Positions 17,558 through 26,488 of a stretch of 32,000 bases of DNA are shown here, piece after piece. Every line of letters starts with the position of its first letter. The stretch's first letter is position 1. The notes under the pieces were generated by a model. That model saw nothing but the letters and a program-made list of their open reading frames with translations, searched no databases and had not been told where the DNA came from. Made by a program: the position numbers and the translations under genes. The stretch covers positions 17,432 through 49,431 of the forward strand of contig CAZYLT010000004.1 of the NCBI GenBank assembly GCA_964648855.1. The letters are read 5' to 3'. This DNA is from an uncultured archaeon (GTDB taxonomy: Archaea; Asgardarchaeota; Thorarchaeia; Thorarchaeales; Thorarchaeaceae).

Positions 17558-17876
17558 TTGGCATCACCTACTAGTACATATCCACAGAAGATGGAATCCT
17601 ATGTACACTATTTTAGATTTCTTATAGGCATTGAGGGTTTGTATGACCCTGATGTCACACTCATCGAACTCAATGACACTTGTTTCTGTTACTTAGTGAA
17701 GCTTAGGGCTTCATAAACATGTGCCTAATATACTACTATTATTCTCATAGAATCAGCATATTTGCCCGAAATATTCCTTTTTGTCATCAATATTTTAAAC
17801 TCGAAAGGTCAATTTGCGGTAATGGTCTTCGGCAGTACGAAAACTCTATAACAAATACCATGGGGAGAGCAATTGT

Positions 17877-17972
17877 GCCCCAGTAGCAAAGCGGCCTACT
17901 GCTTATGCAGGTCGAAACTGCGCCTGACTTGTAATCAGGAGATCGCGAGTTCAACTCTCGCCTGGGGCTCCA
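17877..17972 (+). tRNA. tRNA-Thr(TGT) with 19-nt D-loop intron (17898-17916)
   Basis: GCCCCAG/CTGGGGC-T-CCA; CCTGA-CTTGTAA-TCAGG; GCGAG-TTCAACT-CTCGC. BHB helix CGGC/GTCG, bulges CT|A and AA|A, intron hairpin CTGC-TTAT-GCAG. Confidence 0.92.
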
Positions 17973-18129
17973 TCTACTTTGTTTTGTGGATTACTCATCG
18001 GAGTGCTGTAATACTACTATTACAGAAGGAGAGTAGAAAGTGGGATATGCATATGGTTGAGGCTCTGATGCAAAAGGGGATGAACGTTAAGGATATCCTT
18101 AAATCGATACTGTAGAAAGTGAGGTCGAG

Positions 18130-19341
18130 GTGCATCGATTGCCTGGTAGTACTGACGCAAAAGAAGATGGTGGCGTCGAGGACTCTTCATATTCACAGAG
18201 CTATGCTCGACATTTGGAGAGACGTCTCAGAGCACTGGAAACGGAAAAACAAATTCTCCATGCTGAATGCAGTAGGCTTGAGAAGGAAACCCAGACTCTT
18301 AGGACGGAATTGGAGAAGTTAAGGCAATCGCCATTGATTACGGCTACAATTGTTGAAATGCTTGAAGACGGTCGAGCAATTGTGAAGAGCTCAACTGGAC
18401 CCAATTTTGTTGTCCATGTTTCATCTTCTATATCGAGTGACAAACTACAATCTGGAATGCGTGTTGCACTCAATCAAAGATCTTTTGCAGTAACACAAGA
18501 ACTCCCTCCATCTAGAGACCCACTCATTCGTGCAATGGAGATTGAGGAAAAGCCTCAGGTTTCATATGCAGACATAGGTGGATTAGAGGAACAACTTACA
18601 GAGATACAAGAAACTGTTGAGTATCCTCTACTAAAACCGGAGTTGTTTGAACAAATCGGAATTGAACCTCCTAGAGGGGTTCTACTTACAGGCCCACCCG
18701 GAACAGGTAAGACCTTGAGCGCCAGAGCGGTTGCACATCAAACAAACGCGACATTCATTCGTGTTATTGGATCAGAGCTTGTTCAGAAGTTCATTGGAGA
18801 GGGTGCTCGTTTGGTACGGGAGATATTCATGCTGGCCAAAGAGAAATCACCAGCAATAGTCTTCATTGATGAGCTTGATGCTGTAGGTTCGCAAAGGTTG
18901 GATATTGCAACATCTGGAGACCGAGAAGTTCAGAGAACCTTAATGCAGCTTTTGAGCGAGTTAGATGGTTTCGAAAGCCGAGGACAGGTAGCAATTTTGG
19001 GTGCTACAAACAGACCGGATATTTTAGATCCGGCCTTACTCCGCCCCGGACGATTTGACAGAATCATAGACTTTCCAAAGCCTGACGAAAAAGGTAGAAA
19101 AGAAATATTCAAGATTCATACGAGGCCATTATCTGTAGATTCTGATGTTGATTACAATCAGCTTGTTTCTGCAACTCGTGGAACTACCGGAGCTGACTTG
19201 AAAGCAATTGTCACTGAGGCAGGAATGTTTGCAATTCGAGCTGAACGAGGATACGTGACTCAGACTGATTTTAGGATGGCAATAGAGAAAGTTAGAAATC
19301 GAGGAAGAGCTAACGAAATTAAGTCCAACATGTACGGCTAA
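18130..19341 (+). CDS. pan: Proteasome-activating nucleotidase
   Basis: N-terminal coiled coil, OB domain ([11 protein letters not shown]), [36 protein letters not shown]-terminal HbYX motif MYG. The start may be TTG at 18139, after GAGGTG. Confidence 0.96.
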   Translation: MHRLPGSTDAKEDGGVEDSSYSQSYARHLERRLRALETEKQILHAECSRLEKETQTLRTELEKLRQSPLITATIVEMLEDGRAIVKSSTGPNFVVHVSSSISSDKLQSGMRVALNQRSFAVTQELPPSRDPLIRAMEIEEKPQVSYADIGGLEEQLTEIQETVEYPLLKPELFEQIGIEPPRGVLLTGPPGTGKTLSARAVAHQTNATFIRVIGSELVQKFIGEGARLVREIFMLAKEKSPAIVFIDELDAVGSQRLDIATSGDREVQRTLMQLLSELDGFESRGQVAILGATNRPDILDPALLRPGRFDRIIDFPKPDEKGRKEIFKIHTRPLSVDSDVDYNQLVSATRGTTGADLKAIVTEAGMFAIRAERGYVTQTDFRMAIEKVRNRGRANEIKSNMYG

Positions 19342-19377
19342 AATCCGTAATCATTTTACCTGCATGAAGTTGACACC

Positions 19378-20199
19378 ATGAAATATCATGATTTCTTAGT
19401 GAAGGAGATTGGGAATTCTATAGAGGACGTTTCTAAGATTCCAAAAGGGTATCAATTAATCGGCCATGTGGTGCTACTGAATATTGACTCGGACGTGATG
19501 TCTTTGGCAGAGGTTATTGGAGATTTGACATTGACATTTGAATCTAGAGCTGAATCTGTTGCAGTAAGAATGGGACCAACATATGGTCCAAAGAGGATTC
19601 CCAATTACAGGCTAGTGGCAGGTAGCAGGAACACGACAACAACTCATATTGAGAATGGGATAAGATTCAAGCTCGATCCGTTGCGAATCACATTTTCTCG
19701 GGGCAACGTGAATGAGAGGATTCTTCTCCCTGAGCAAGTGAGTTCAAAAGAATATGTTGTTGACATGTTTGCTTGCGTTGGTCAGTTTTCATTGCCGATG
19801 GCTGTTCATTCTGGAGCAGAGGTCTTAGCGATTGAGATTAATGACTTGGCATATGATTTCCTATGCCAAAACATGAGGATGAATGAGGTCCATGCGAACA
19901 TGAAGGCAGTATTGGGGGACTGCAGAGATGTACCCTTTGGCAATGCCAATAGAATTGTGATGGGATATCTACATGACACGATTGATTTTCTACCCCACGC
20001 ACTGCGTGGGTTGCAATCACAAGGAGGAATTATTCATATGCACAGCTTGGTCTATGCTAATGCTGAGGACGAAATTCGTAATACAATTATTACGACATCA
20101 TCGGAGTTTGGATTCATAGCAGAAATTTCATCTAGGTTAATTAAGAAGTATTCACCAGGGGTTTACCATAGGGTCTTTGATATCAAACTTTTTTCCTAA
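19378..20199 (+). CDS. taw2: Trm5/TYW2 (Met-10) family SAM-dependent tRNA-modifying transferase, most like Taw2
   Basis: HIENGIRFKLD, FSRGNVNER, VVDMFACVGQFSLP, ANRIVMGY, KKYSPGVYHRVFD. Confidence 0.78.
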   Translation: MKYHDFLVKEIGNSIEDVSKIPKGYQLIGHVVLLNIDSDVMSLAEVIGDLTLTFESRAESVAVRMGPTYGPKRIPNYRLVAGSRNTTTTHIENGIRFKLDPLRITFSRGNVNERILLPEQVSSKEYVVDMFACVGQFSLPMAVHSGAEVLAIEINDLAYDFLCQNMRMNEVHANMKAVLGDCRDVPFGNANRIVMGYLHDTIDFLPHALRGLQSQGGIIHMHSLVYANAEDEIRNTIITTSSEFGFIAEISSRLIKKYSPGVYHRVFDIKLFS

Positions 20200-20281
20200 C
20201 AGATAACGTAATTGTTTTATCGCTTGATAGAAATGGACATAGTGTAGTATCTGAATATGAACAGATTATGAGGAAAAAACA

Positions 20282-20659
20282 ATGGGTTTCAGAGGATTAT
20301 CACCTAAGCAACTTGCTAGAATGATGAAGAAGATGGGTATAGAGCAAAAGGACATTGATGGAGTAAACGAGGTGATTATTCGATTTTCTGACAAGGAATG
20401 GGTGATAGAGAATCCGCAAGTAGCCCTTGTAAAACAAGCTGGCAATGAATCGTATCAAGTCAGCGGCTCGAAAACTGAAAGAAGCATTACAAAGGGTGGC
20501 AAGGCAGCTCCGATTGAAGAAAAGAAAGTCGAAATACCTATGGAAGATGCTGCACTCGTTGCTGATCAAACTGGAACAGATATTCAAACCGCTAAGCAAA
20601 CTCTTGAGGAAACAAAAGGTGATTTGGCTGCGGCCATATTAAAATTGAGAAAAAGCTAA
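20282..20659 (+). CDS. nac: Nascent polypeptide-associated complex protein
   Basis: PKQLARMMKKMGI, VNEVIIR, NPQV, and C-terminal UBA-like EDAALVADQTG...GDLAAAILKL. Confidence 0.95.
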   Translation: MGFRGLSPKQLARMMKKMGIEQKDIDGVNEVIIRFSDKEWVIENPQVALVKQAGNESYQVSGSKTERSITKGGKAAPIEEKKVEIPMEDAALVADQTGTDIQTAKQTLEETKGDLAAAILKLRKS

Positions 20660-20835
20660 GCAGATTCCTCTTCTTGCATACGGTACCTCGTTCCGCAATC
20701 TCTTTTTTTGAATCGAAGATGTTCCAGGCTTGTGGCCTTTGTTCCAAGCAGGATTCGCTCATAGTTTTCAATTTGTATAAATTACAACTTGCTGAGGCAA
20801 ATGCTCGAGATGTATGAAGTCCTAAAACTATTATG

Positions 20836-21114
20836 TTAAGAAACGATGAAAACTAAGGCTGCAATGAGCACGACAAATATGCATATTGCAAGCCACTCTT
20901 GCACATATTTCTTTACTGCCTTTGGTTTGTCTTTAATCTGGCCAGTTGTGATGAGAGTCATTGCAGATATGAACAGAAACGCGAATGGAAGAGCAGCAAC
21001 AGAGTTAGTAAGAGGAGTATCTAGAAGAAATATTATCCCCACAAGCGCGCCAAAAATAAGGAAAGTCAAAATCATCATTGAATTAAGGACTCGTCGAATT
21101 CTATCTAGATTCAT
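20836..21114 (-). CDS. Small membrane protein with three TM segments
   Basis: Three hydrophobic segments in 92 aa; GAGGAGA RBS. Confidence 0.7.
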   Translation of the reverse strand: MNLDRIRRVLNSMMILTFLIFGALVGIIFLLDTPLTNSVAALPFAFLFISAMTLITTGQIKDKPKAVKKYVQEWLAICIFVVLIAALVFIVS

Positions 21115-21263
21115 TCTTTTGATCTCCTCAAGGGATGAATACAGGTTTCTGTCCCCGGTAACTCTCTCGCAGTTTGCAATTGCTCAAAAAGGTTCCGTAT
21201 CGTTAAAGCATGCACAAGAGCTGATTTCTCTCGCAATATTTATGTAGGAAGAAACATGAGATG

Positions 21264-21292
21264 TTGTAATACAAACACTACTTGTGATACAA
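21264..21292. promoter_or_regulatory. Tandem palindromic operator-like sites TTGTAATACAA (21264-21274) and TTGTGATACAA (21282-21292)
   Basis: Two 11-bp palindromes 18 bp apart, ending 13 bp upstream of the AAA+ ATPase start. Confidence 0.7.
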
Positions 21293-21305
21293 AGGAATTG
21301 AAACA

Positions 21306-22280
21306 ATGACAATTGCAGTTCACGAATCCGCTCTGATTCGTCATTTCAATACTCGAAAAGAAACGTTGCGTGCGTGGGAGGAGAAGATTGGTGCAAGATT
21401 TTCTCCATTCCGAGGATTCAAAATGCCGGACTCAAGGCTCTATGTGGAACACCCTGATTTTCTTGACAGTATTGTGGATCTAATAATAACCAATGAACGT
21501 CATATTTTCCTTAGAGGTCCTGTTGGTTCGGGAAAAAGTACTCTGATGCTGTTGGCATTGAGAGACCTTCCCACACTGGCTGATAGAAGAGGAAATAAAT
21601 TCGTCACAGGTTACGTTGGAATGACAGGTCTTTATGAGAAACAAATGGCGGCAGCCATTGCCGACTCATTGAGAATCAAATATAGACGATCGTGGGAGTC
21701 TTCTCAAATTATAGAAACTGTTGCAAAAGAGTGTGTACGGCGCTATATAGAGGAACAAAGCAGAACTGCTCTTTTCATCGAGGATGTTGCAGATAACCAA
21801 GAGGCTGCTTTTCATAAGCTAAGATACCTTGCTGATCTTCCAACAGAAGAAATGAAGGATGAATATCCTAGGGCATTAGACGAGCCAATAGTCACACTGG
21901 TAATGAGTGGAACTGCAGAGTACTGGAATGCGATGCTGAATTTTCTACCTCAAATAGCTGACAGAACTGAACCTCTGGATATTCCGAAGCTGGAAGATAG
22001 AAAGGCAAGAGAATTCATCGGAAGGAGAATAGCCTATGCTAAAGGGAAAATCGATAGCTTTGACCATACAGATTTTGAGGTGTACCCTTTCCATGAGAAA
22101 GCTATCGAAGTGATTAACGATGCAGCAGGAGGTAATCCACGAGACATTCGCATGTTGGCTAGAGGTTGTCAACAGGTTGCAGCTGAAAATCTTCGAGAAA
22201 GTGGTAGTCCTGAAATTAACGTGGAAATCGCTCGATTAGTGTCAGAAGCGTATGCAAGTATACTGAAGGAGGTAAGATAA
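21306..22280 (+). CDS. ExeA/AAA_22-like AAA+ ATPase, stand-alone
   Basis: RFSPF N-terminal motif; Walker A GPVGSGKS; Walker B-like ALFIED; TLVMSGT; PQIADR (Arg finger); GGNPRDI (sensor II). Confidence 0.85.
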   Translation: MTIAVHESALIRHFNTRKETLRAWEEKIGARFSPFRGFKMPDSRLYVEHPDFLDSIVDLIITNERHIFLRGPVGSGKSTLMLLALRDLPTLADRRGNKFVTGYVGMTGLYEKQMAAAIADSLRIKYRRSWESSQIIETVAKECVRRYIEEQSRTALFIEDVADNQEAAFHKLRYLADLPTEEMKDEYPRALDEPIVTLVMSGTAEYWNAMLNFLPQIADRTEPLDIPKLEDRKAREFIGRRIAYAKGKIDSFDHTDFEVYPFHEKAIEVINDAAGGNPRDIRMLARGCQQVAAENLRESGSPEINVEIARLVSEAYASILKEVR

Positions 22281-22574
22281 TTGAGTCTCTTAGGAAAATA
22301 TAGGAAAGAAGAGGAGAAACGGGATAAGGACACAGAAGAAGAATCTGTGGAGCCCCCTGCTGAAGAAGCTGAGGAAAAAGGAGGCGTTGCCGTTCCAAAC
22401 AAAGAAAGGAATAGTCCGATAATGTCCTTTAGCGTTAGTACAGATCTGAGGTCCTGCCTCCAAGCTGTAAGAACAGAACGGGCAATTAATCTGAGTATGT
22501 GGGTCGAACGCAAGCTAAGAGATGCAGTTCAGCAAGAGTTTCCAAATATCGCCGGAATTCATCTCGAAGGCTAA
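22281..22574 (+). CDS. Small protein with acidic disordered N-terminus and C-terminal ribbon-helix-helix-like domain
   Basis: TTG directly follows the ATPase stop, with GGAGGT RBS at 22268-22273. IMSFSVS (alternating strand), TDLRSCLQAVRTE (helix), INLSMWVERKLRDAVQQ (helix). Confidence 0.75.
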   Translation: MSLLGKYRKEEEKRDKDTEEESVEPPAEEAEEKGGVAVPNKERNSPIMSFSVSTDLRSCLQAVRTERAINLSMWVERKLRDAVQQEFPNIAGIHLEG

Positions 22575-22582
22575 AGCAATAA

Positions 22583-22593
22583 TTGTATTACAG
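22583..22593. promoter_or_regulatory. TGTAWTACA site (TTGTATTACAG)
   Basis: Lies in the 27-bp gap between two convergent genes. Confidence 0.55.
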
Positions 22594-22601
22594 GCTTTCA
22601 G

Positions 22602-23990
22602 CTACCTCGCTTTATAGAGTGAATATGAAGTGACTCGTTCCATGCATAACGCGGCAAGTGAAGGATCGTCATAACAAGGAATTCGATTCATCTCAAGCAA
22701 ATCCTTTCCAGGTTTACCTACATCTCCTGAAAGCCAAACACCAACAACAGGTTTGTTATTGTTTGCAGTCCTAATCCCCTCCAAGGTACCAGCCGCATGC
22801 TCTGTTTGAGTCATTCCTGCAAAAGTCGGGACTCCACAGATTACCAAGAGCATGTCAACATTGTTATCTTCCAGCATTAGCTTTGTTGCTACTTTGTATT
22901 CTCTCCTTCCTCCACTTGCTACGACATCAACAGGATTTTCAACGGATGCCATTGGTGACATTGCTTGTTTCATTTCTTTCGTTGTGGATTCTTCAAGTGT
23001 AGGTATCTCGAGCCCCAACGCAGAAGCGGCATCGGTTGCTAATACTGCAGCACCACCTGTATTACTAATAATACCAATATTACGACCTTGTGGCAGAGGT
23101 TGATAGTCAAATAATTTGCATATTTCCAAGAAAGAGTCAAAAGTTGGTGCTGAAACGCAACCGGCCTGCTTGATTACCCCATCAAATAATTGAGGAGATC
23201 CGGCCAGAGACCCTGTATGACTTAGGGTTGCTCTGCTTCCCGCTTCGCTTTTTCCACCCTTGAGAATGACAACTGGTTTCTTGCTCGATACAAGTTTCAG
23301 GGACTCATAAAGAGCACGGCCGTGTTCAACACCCTCTACATATACAGCGATAACAGACGATTTTGGGTCCTTGCTGAAATAGTCAAGTAGCTCAATGAAT
23401 TCAACATCGGCTGCATTTCCAATACTTGCGAATTTGCTCATCCCTATTCGTTTTGCCCGTGTTGTATATATCAGCATCCCGCCAAGGGCCCCACTCTGAG
23501 AAATTAGAGCAATATTGCCTCTCTCCGGCATCATCGTAAATGTGCCATTAAAGAGACGACTGTTGGAAACACCAACGCAATTCGGACCAATGATGCGTAC
23601 TTCATGCTTCTTGGCTTCTTCCACAAGATACTCTTCCAGATTTTTTCCTTCCACACCGGTTTCACTGAAACCTCCAGAGATAATTACGGCATTGCGAGCA
23701 CCCGCTTGTTTCACATCTTCCATTAAATTGGGGCAATATTTGGCTGCAACGGCAATGATGACGAGGTCAACTTTCTTAGGTAAATCTATGAGACTAGGAT
23801 ATGCCTTTACCCCCAGAACCTGAGTTCTACTGCGAGTTACAGGATAAACTTCTACCTCCGATGCAAGTAGGTTCATGAGAATTGAGTTTCCTAATTTTCT
23901 GTAATCAGCAGAAGCTCCGACCAAGGCAACTCTATTTGGATTGAAGAATTTGTCAATCTGTATTGCATTGGAATCTAATGTATCGCTCAT
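22602..23990 (-). CDS. acdA: Acetate/acyl-CoA ligase (ADP-forming), alpha subunit
   Basis: FFNPNRVALVGAS, IISGGFSETG, IIGPNCVG, ISQSGALG, phospho-His SHTGSLAG, SNTGGAAVLATD, NPVDV. Confidence 0.92.
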   Translation of the reverse strand: MSDTLDSNAIQIDKFFNPNRVALVGASADYRKLGNSILMNLLASEVEVYPVTRSRTQVLGVKAYPSLIDLPKKVDLVIIAVAAKYCPNLMEDVKQAGARNAVIISGGFSETGVEGKNLEEYLVEEAKKHEVRIIGPNCVGVSNSRLFNGTFTMMPERGNIALISQSGALGGMLIYTTRAKRIGMSKFASIGNAADVEFIELLDYFSKDPKSSVIAVYVEGVEHGRALYESLKLVSSKKPVVILKGGKSEAGSRATLSHTGSLAGSPQLFDGVIKQAGCVSAPTFDSFLEICKLFDYQPLPQGRNIGIISNTGGAAVLATDAASALGLEIPTLEESTTKEMKQAMSPMASVENPVDVVASGGRREYKVATKLMLEDNNVDMLLVICGVPTFAGMTQTEHAAGTLEGIRTANNNKPVVGVWLSGDVGKPGKDLLEMNRIPCYDDPSLAALCMERVTSYSLYKAR

Positions 23991-24039
23991 GGGAGTGGTT
24001 CACTGCCGCCACAGTTTTAATTCTGTTGTGGTTTTAAGA

Positions 24040-24059
24040 ATGTATTACAAATAATACAA
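24040..24059. promoter_or_regulatory. TGTAWTACA site (ATGTATTACAA) plus degenerate copy (ATAATACAA)
   Basis: Intergenic, upstream of acdA. Confidence 0.55.
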
Positions 24060-24079
24060 TATATATTCCATTAACCTGG

Positions 24080-25294
24080 TTAATAGTGTTCTAGAAAACG
24101 TCTGAGTTCCTTGCAGCCCTTATGAATACTATCTACTAGATTCTTGAGTAATGATTTGGTTTCAGGAAACTTGGTTTTTATCCGGTTTAGTGATTGTATT
24201 GCGTAGTTTCTTAGGTTGTCATTCTTTGTTGCGCAAATTGTTTCAGCCAAAAGGCTAACTGCAGATTCATGATAGTAATTGCCTAACGCAATTATTCCCA
24301 AACTCGAGATACGATAATCATCTGCTGCAACCATTTTTTCCAAAGATAAGACAGAATCGATGGATCGTATAAACAAATGATTGGATAACTGCGTGGTTAT
24401 CTTGGAATACTTCTGCGAGTTGTATTCTGAATTGAATTCATCAACGGATTCTTCAAGTAAATAGTTCATAAGTGGTATTGCATTTCGACTTCCAAGCTGT
24501 GCGAGCATCATAGTGTCCTGGTCAATCATTGCTTTTAGCAGTGATTGATAATCATCATTCAAAGGGGGAGATAGATTCTTTGTGAGTCGATTTTTCATGA
24601 TTTTATCCCGGACACGTTGTGATACTGGTAATACAGATAATACCATGTCGAGTGTCTCTTTGTCGGCTTTGCTCCCAGGTATTCCGAGGGTGCACAGAGC
24701 AATTCTTCCATATTCTGTATACCATAATGATGAGATGTCGATCGAGTGGGATGGAGAAATCAAGGAAATTGACGAGAGATTATTCTCCATCTCTTGATGG
24801 ATTTGATTTACGAGATTGTTTTCAAGGCAAGACGCCGCAGCATCGGTATCAATGAAAAGGAAATTGGATTTCTTCAAGTGATGGTGAAGTTCTTCATTGA
24901 CTATTTTCTTGAATAGTATCTCTGCATTCGCAATTGAATGTGCATCATGGAGTTTTGAGATTATGGCTGAAGTTTCCATGTCTATTGCTTCTATTCCCTG
25001 ACAACCGAATATAGAGAAAAGTACTTCACGGAACTTGAGCGGTTCTATTCTTCTTGTCTTTTTTCCTGTCAGTGGTGGAATCTCATAATCCCTATTCATA
25101 GAATTTTCCAGATAGTCCAGAGCTACGTCCCAGCTGTCCTTTAGTTCAATACCAACAAGGAAGTCAATTAGATCTCTAACGCGCCTCTCTCCTATGGAAT
25201 TCGTTATTGCCTTACTGAGTTCAACTTGTGATAGCTGCTGGATTTTCTTTCGTACCTGTTCCTGCAATCGTTCGCGTGCCTTACTGTAATCCAA
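24080..25294 (-). CDS. Hypothetical alpha-helical protein with C-terminal HEAT/PBS-lyase-like repeats
   Basis: DDYRISSLGIIALGNYYHESAVSLLAETI...NLRNYAIQSLNRI. TTG at 25294 is preferred over 25414 because the extra 40 codons run through an AT-rich palindromic region. Confidence 0.7.
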   Translation of the reverse strand: MDYSKARERLQEQVRKKIQQLSQVELSKAITNSIGERRVRDLIDFLVGIELKDSWDVALDYLENSMNRDYEIPPLTGKKTRRIEPLKFREVLFSIFGCQGIEAIDMETSAIISKLHDAHSIANAEILFKKIVNEELHHHLKKSNFLFIDTDAAASCLENNLVNQIHQEMENNLSSISLISPSHSIDISSLWYTEYGRIALCTLGIPGSKADKETLDMVLSVLPVSQRVRDKIMKNRLTKNLSPPLNDDYQSLLKAMIDQDTMMLAQLGSRNAIPLMNYLLEESVDEFNSEYNSQKYSKITTQLSNHLFIRSIDSVLSLEKMVAADDYRISSLGIIALGNYYHESAVSLLAETICATKNDNLRNYAIQSLNRIKTKFPETKSLLKNLVDSIHKGCKELRRFLEHY

Positions 25295-25368
25295 TCTCTG
25301 TTCACTGCCAATTTCTATATGCCGATTGCATATTAAAACAAGGTCAGTATTCAAGATAAGAAAGCCGT

Positions 25369-25393
25369 TTATTATTTGTATTACAAATAATAA
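25369..25393. repeat. 25-bp perfect palindrome TTATTATTTGTATTACAAATAATAA centred on TGTATTACA
   Basis: 12-bp arms around the central T at 25381, in an AT-rich gap. Confidence 0.85.
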
Positions 25394-25759
25394 TGAACTC
25401 CGTACAATTCTCAATCTATCTAATTTATTATTATTAAATTATTACATATAATAGTGGCAAAAAGGCTTGTTCTATGATTAGAACTATGTATCAATGTATT
25501 CCTATATAGAGTGAGTGTGTCGTGAAGTAATGATTGAATGCTGGTGTCGAAACTTGTTTCATAAGCCACAGATCCCGGCCTTCATTGCTATCTCTATCTC
25601 CTCATACAAATATACCTCCAAGTAGATACAATGTAGGTACGACTGTGCAGAACAGCTCGTCACTTATGAGTTCGGTCACAAAACACGACACATTCGTGCC
25701 AATTTTTTTCACGTTCACTAGAGCCTGTGTACTAATACACATAGTGTTTCCAAAACACG

Positions 25760-26308
25760 CTATTCGGATCCAGACTGTTTTGAGAGTTCAGTCTTTAGAT
25801 TAAGTGGGGATGCCAACTCATCGAGTGCGGAAATAATAGTTTCTTCTGCGGCTCTATGACTCTCAAGATCCTCTTCAGTTAGTTTTTCCCTTCCTGCCAG
25901 TACTTCCCGGATATGTCTATAGTCGGCTATCTTGGCTGCAACTTCCTCAAATGGCCGGAATATAGCAATTTCAAAGAGACCGAGGTACCCTAACAAAAGC
26001 ATGGTGTAGATACTTTTTGTGATATTTTCACGAGCTTGTTGGAGCGTCCTATTGAATGCACCTCTTGAAACACCCTTGCCCTCCCTAGTTGTGCGCAATG
26101 AAGCCTTTGCGTCATATGGGATGTGCCCACCTACATTGTCTTCGACGACCAAATCAATTAGGAGTGTTTCCAATTGTGCCTCTGTTAGAAGTGAGTTTTG
26201 TAGCAATAATTTCATTATTGGTTCCTTTAACACCCTCTTGGTTCCTTGGGATGCCTTCTTCATCTCTTCGAAATTTACGTTGCTGGTATCTGGACTCATG
26301 ACCTTCAC
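25760..26308 (-). CDS. Hypothetical protein with probable HTH
   Basis: NSLLTEAQLETLLID...YDAKASLR...GVSRGAFNRTLQQARENITKSIYTMLLLGYLG. The G-V-S-R-G-A-F-x-R-x-L-x-x-A segment resembles a sigma-region-4/Tfx-type HTH. Confidence 0.75.
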   Translation of the reverse strand: MKVMSPDTSNVNFEEMKKASQGTKRVLKEPIMKLLLQNSLLTEAQLETLLIDLVVEDNVGGHIPYDAKASLRTTREGKGVSRGAFNRTLQQARENITKSIYTMLLLGYLGLFEIAIFRPFEEVAAKIADYRHIREVLAGREKLTEEDLESHRAAEETIISALDELASPLNLKTELSKQSGSE

Positions 26309-26474
26309 CTAGTCTTAGGCGGAAAGTGAATTTTCGAAAACGTACTCATAGCCTTTTATTTTTATTTTAGAGGCTTATGAGTGATTTTTGTTAAACTGGC
26401 TCTTTGTTACTCTCGACGGATACAATTTTGTATACGCTAGATGGACAATAAAGATTTTGTTCCGATTTCACTTA

Positions 26475-26485
26475 CTGTATTACAC
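26475..26485. promoter_or_regulatory. TGTAWTACA site (CTGTATTACAC)
   Basis: Intergenic, between the two putative DNA-binding genes. Confidence 0.55.
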
Positions 26486-26488
26486 ATA

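Noticed and set aside
17635-17650. 9-nt matches between this intergenic hairpin and tRNA introns (AGGGTTTGT; GTATGACCC)
   Set aside because: Matches this short are expected by chance across 32 kb.
17873-18115. 80-aa ORF
   Set aside because: Overlaps tRNA-Thr and has no protein-like features.
20639-20762. About 40-aa minus-strand ORF after nac
   Set aside because: Short, no RBS or recognisable motif, and overlaps a T-run that more likely terminates nac.
20836-22574. AAA+-RHH pair as an integrated mobile element or toxin-antitoxin pair
   Set aside because: No integrase, transposase, terminal repeats, duplicated tRNA 3' end or toxin domain seen; composition looks like the flanking genes.
25743-26173. 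AGTGTTTCCAA repeated at 25743 and 26163 as possible ORB elements
   Set aside because: Only the TTTCCA half-site matches, with no G-string. One copy is coding and there is no cdc6 in the window.
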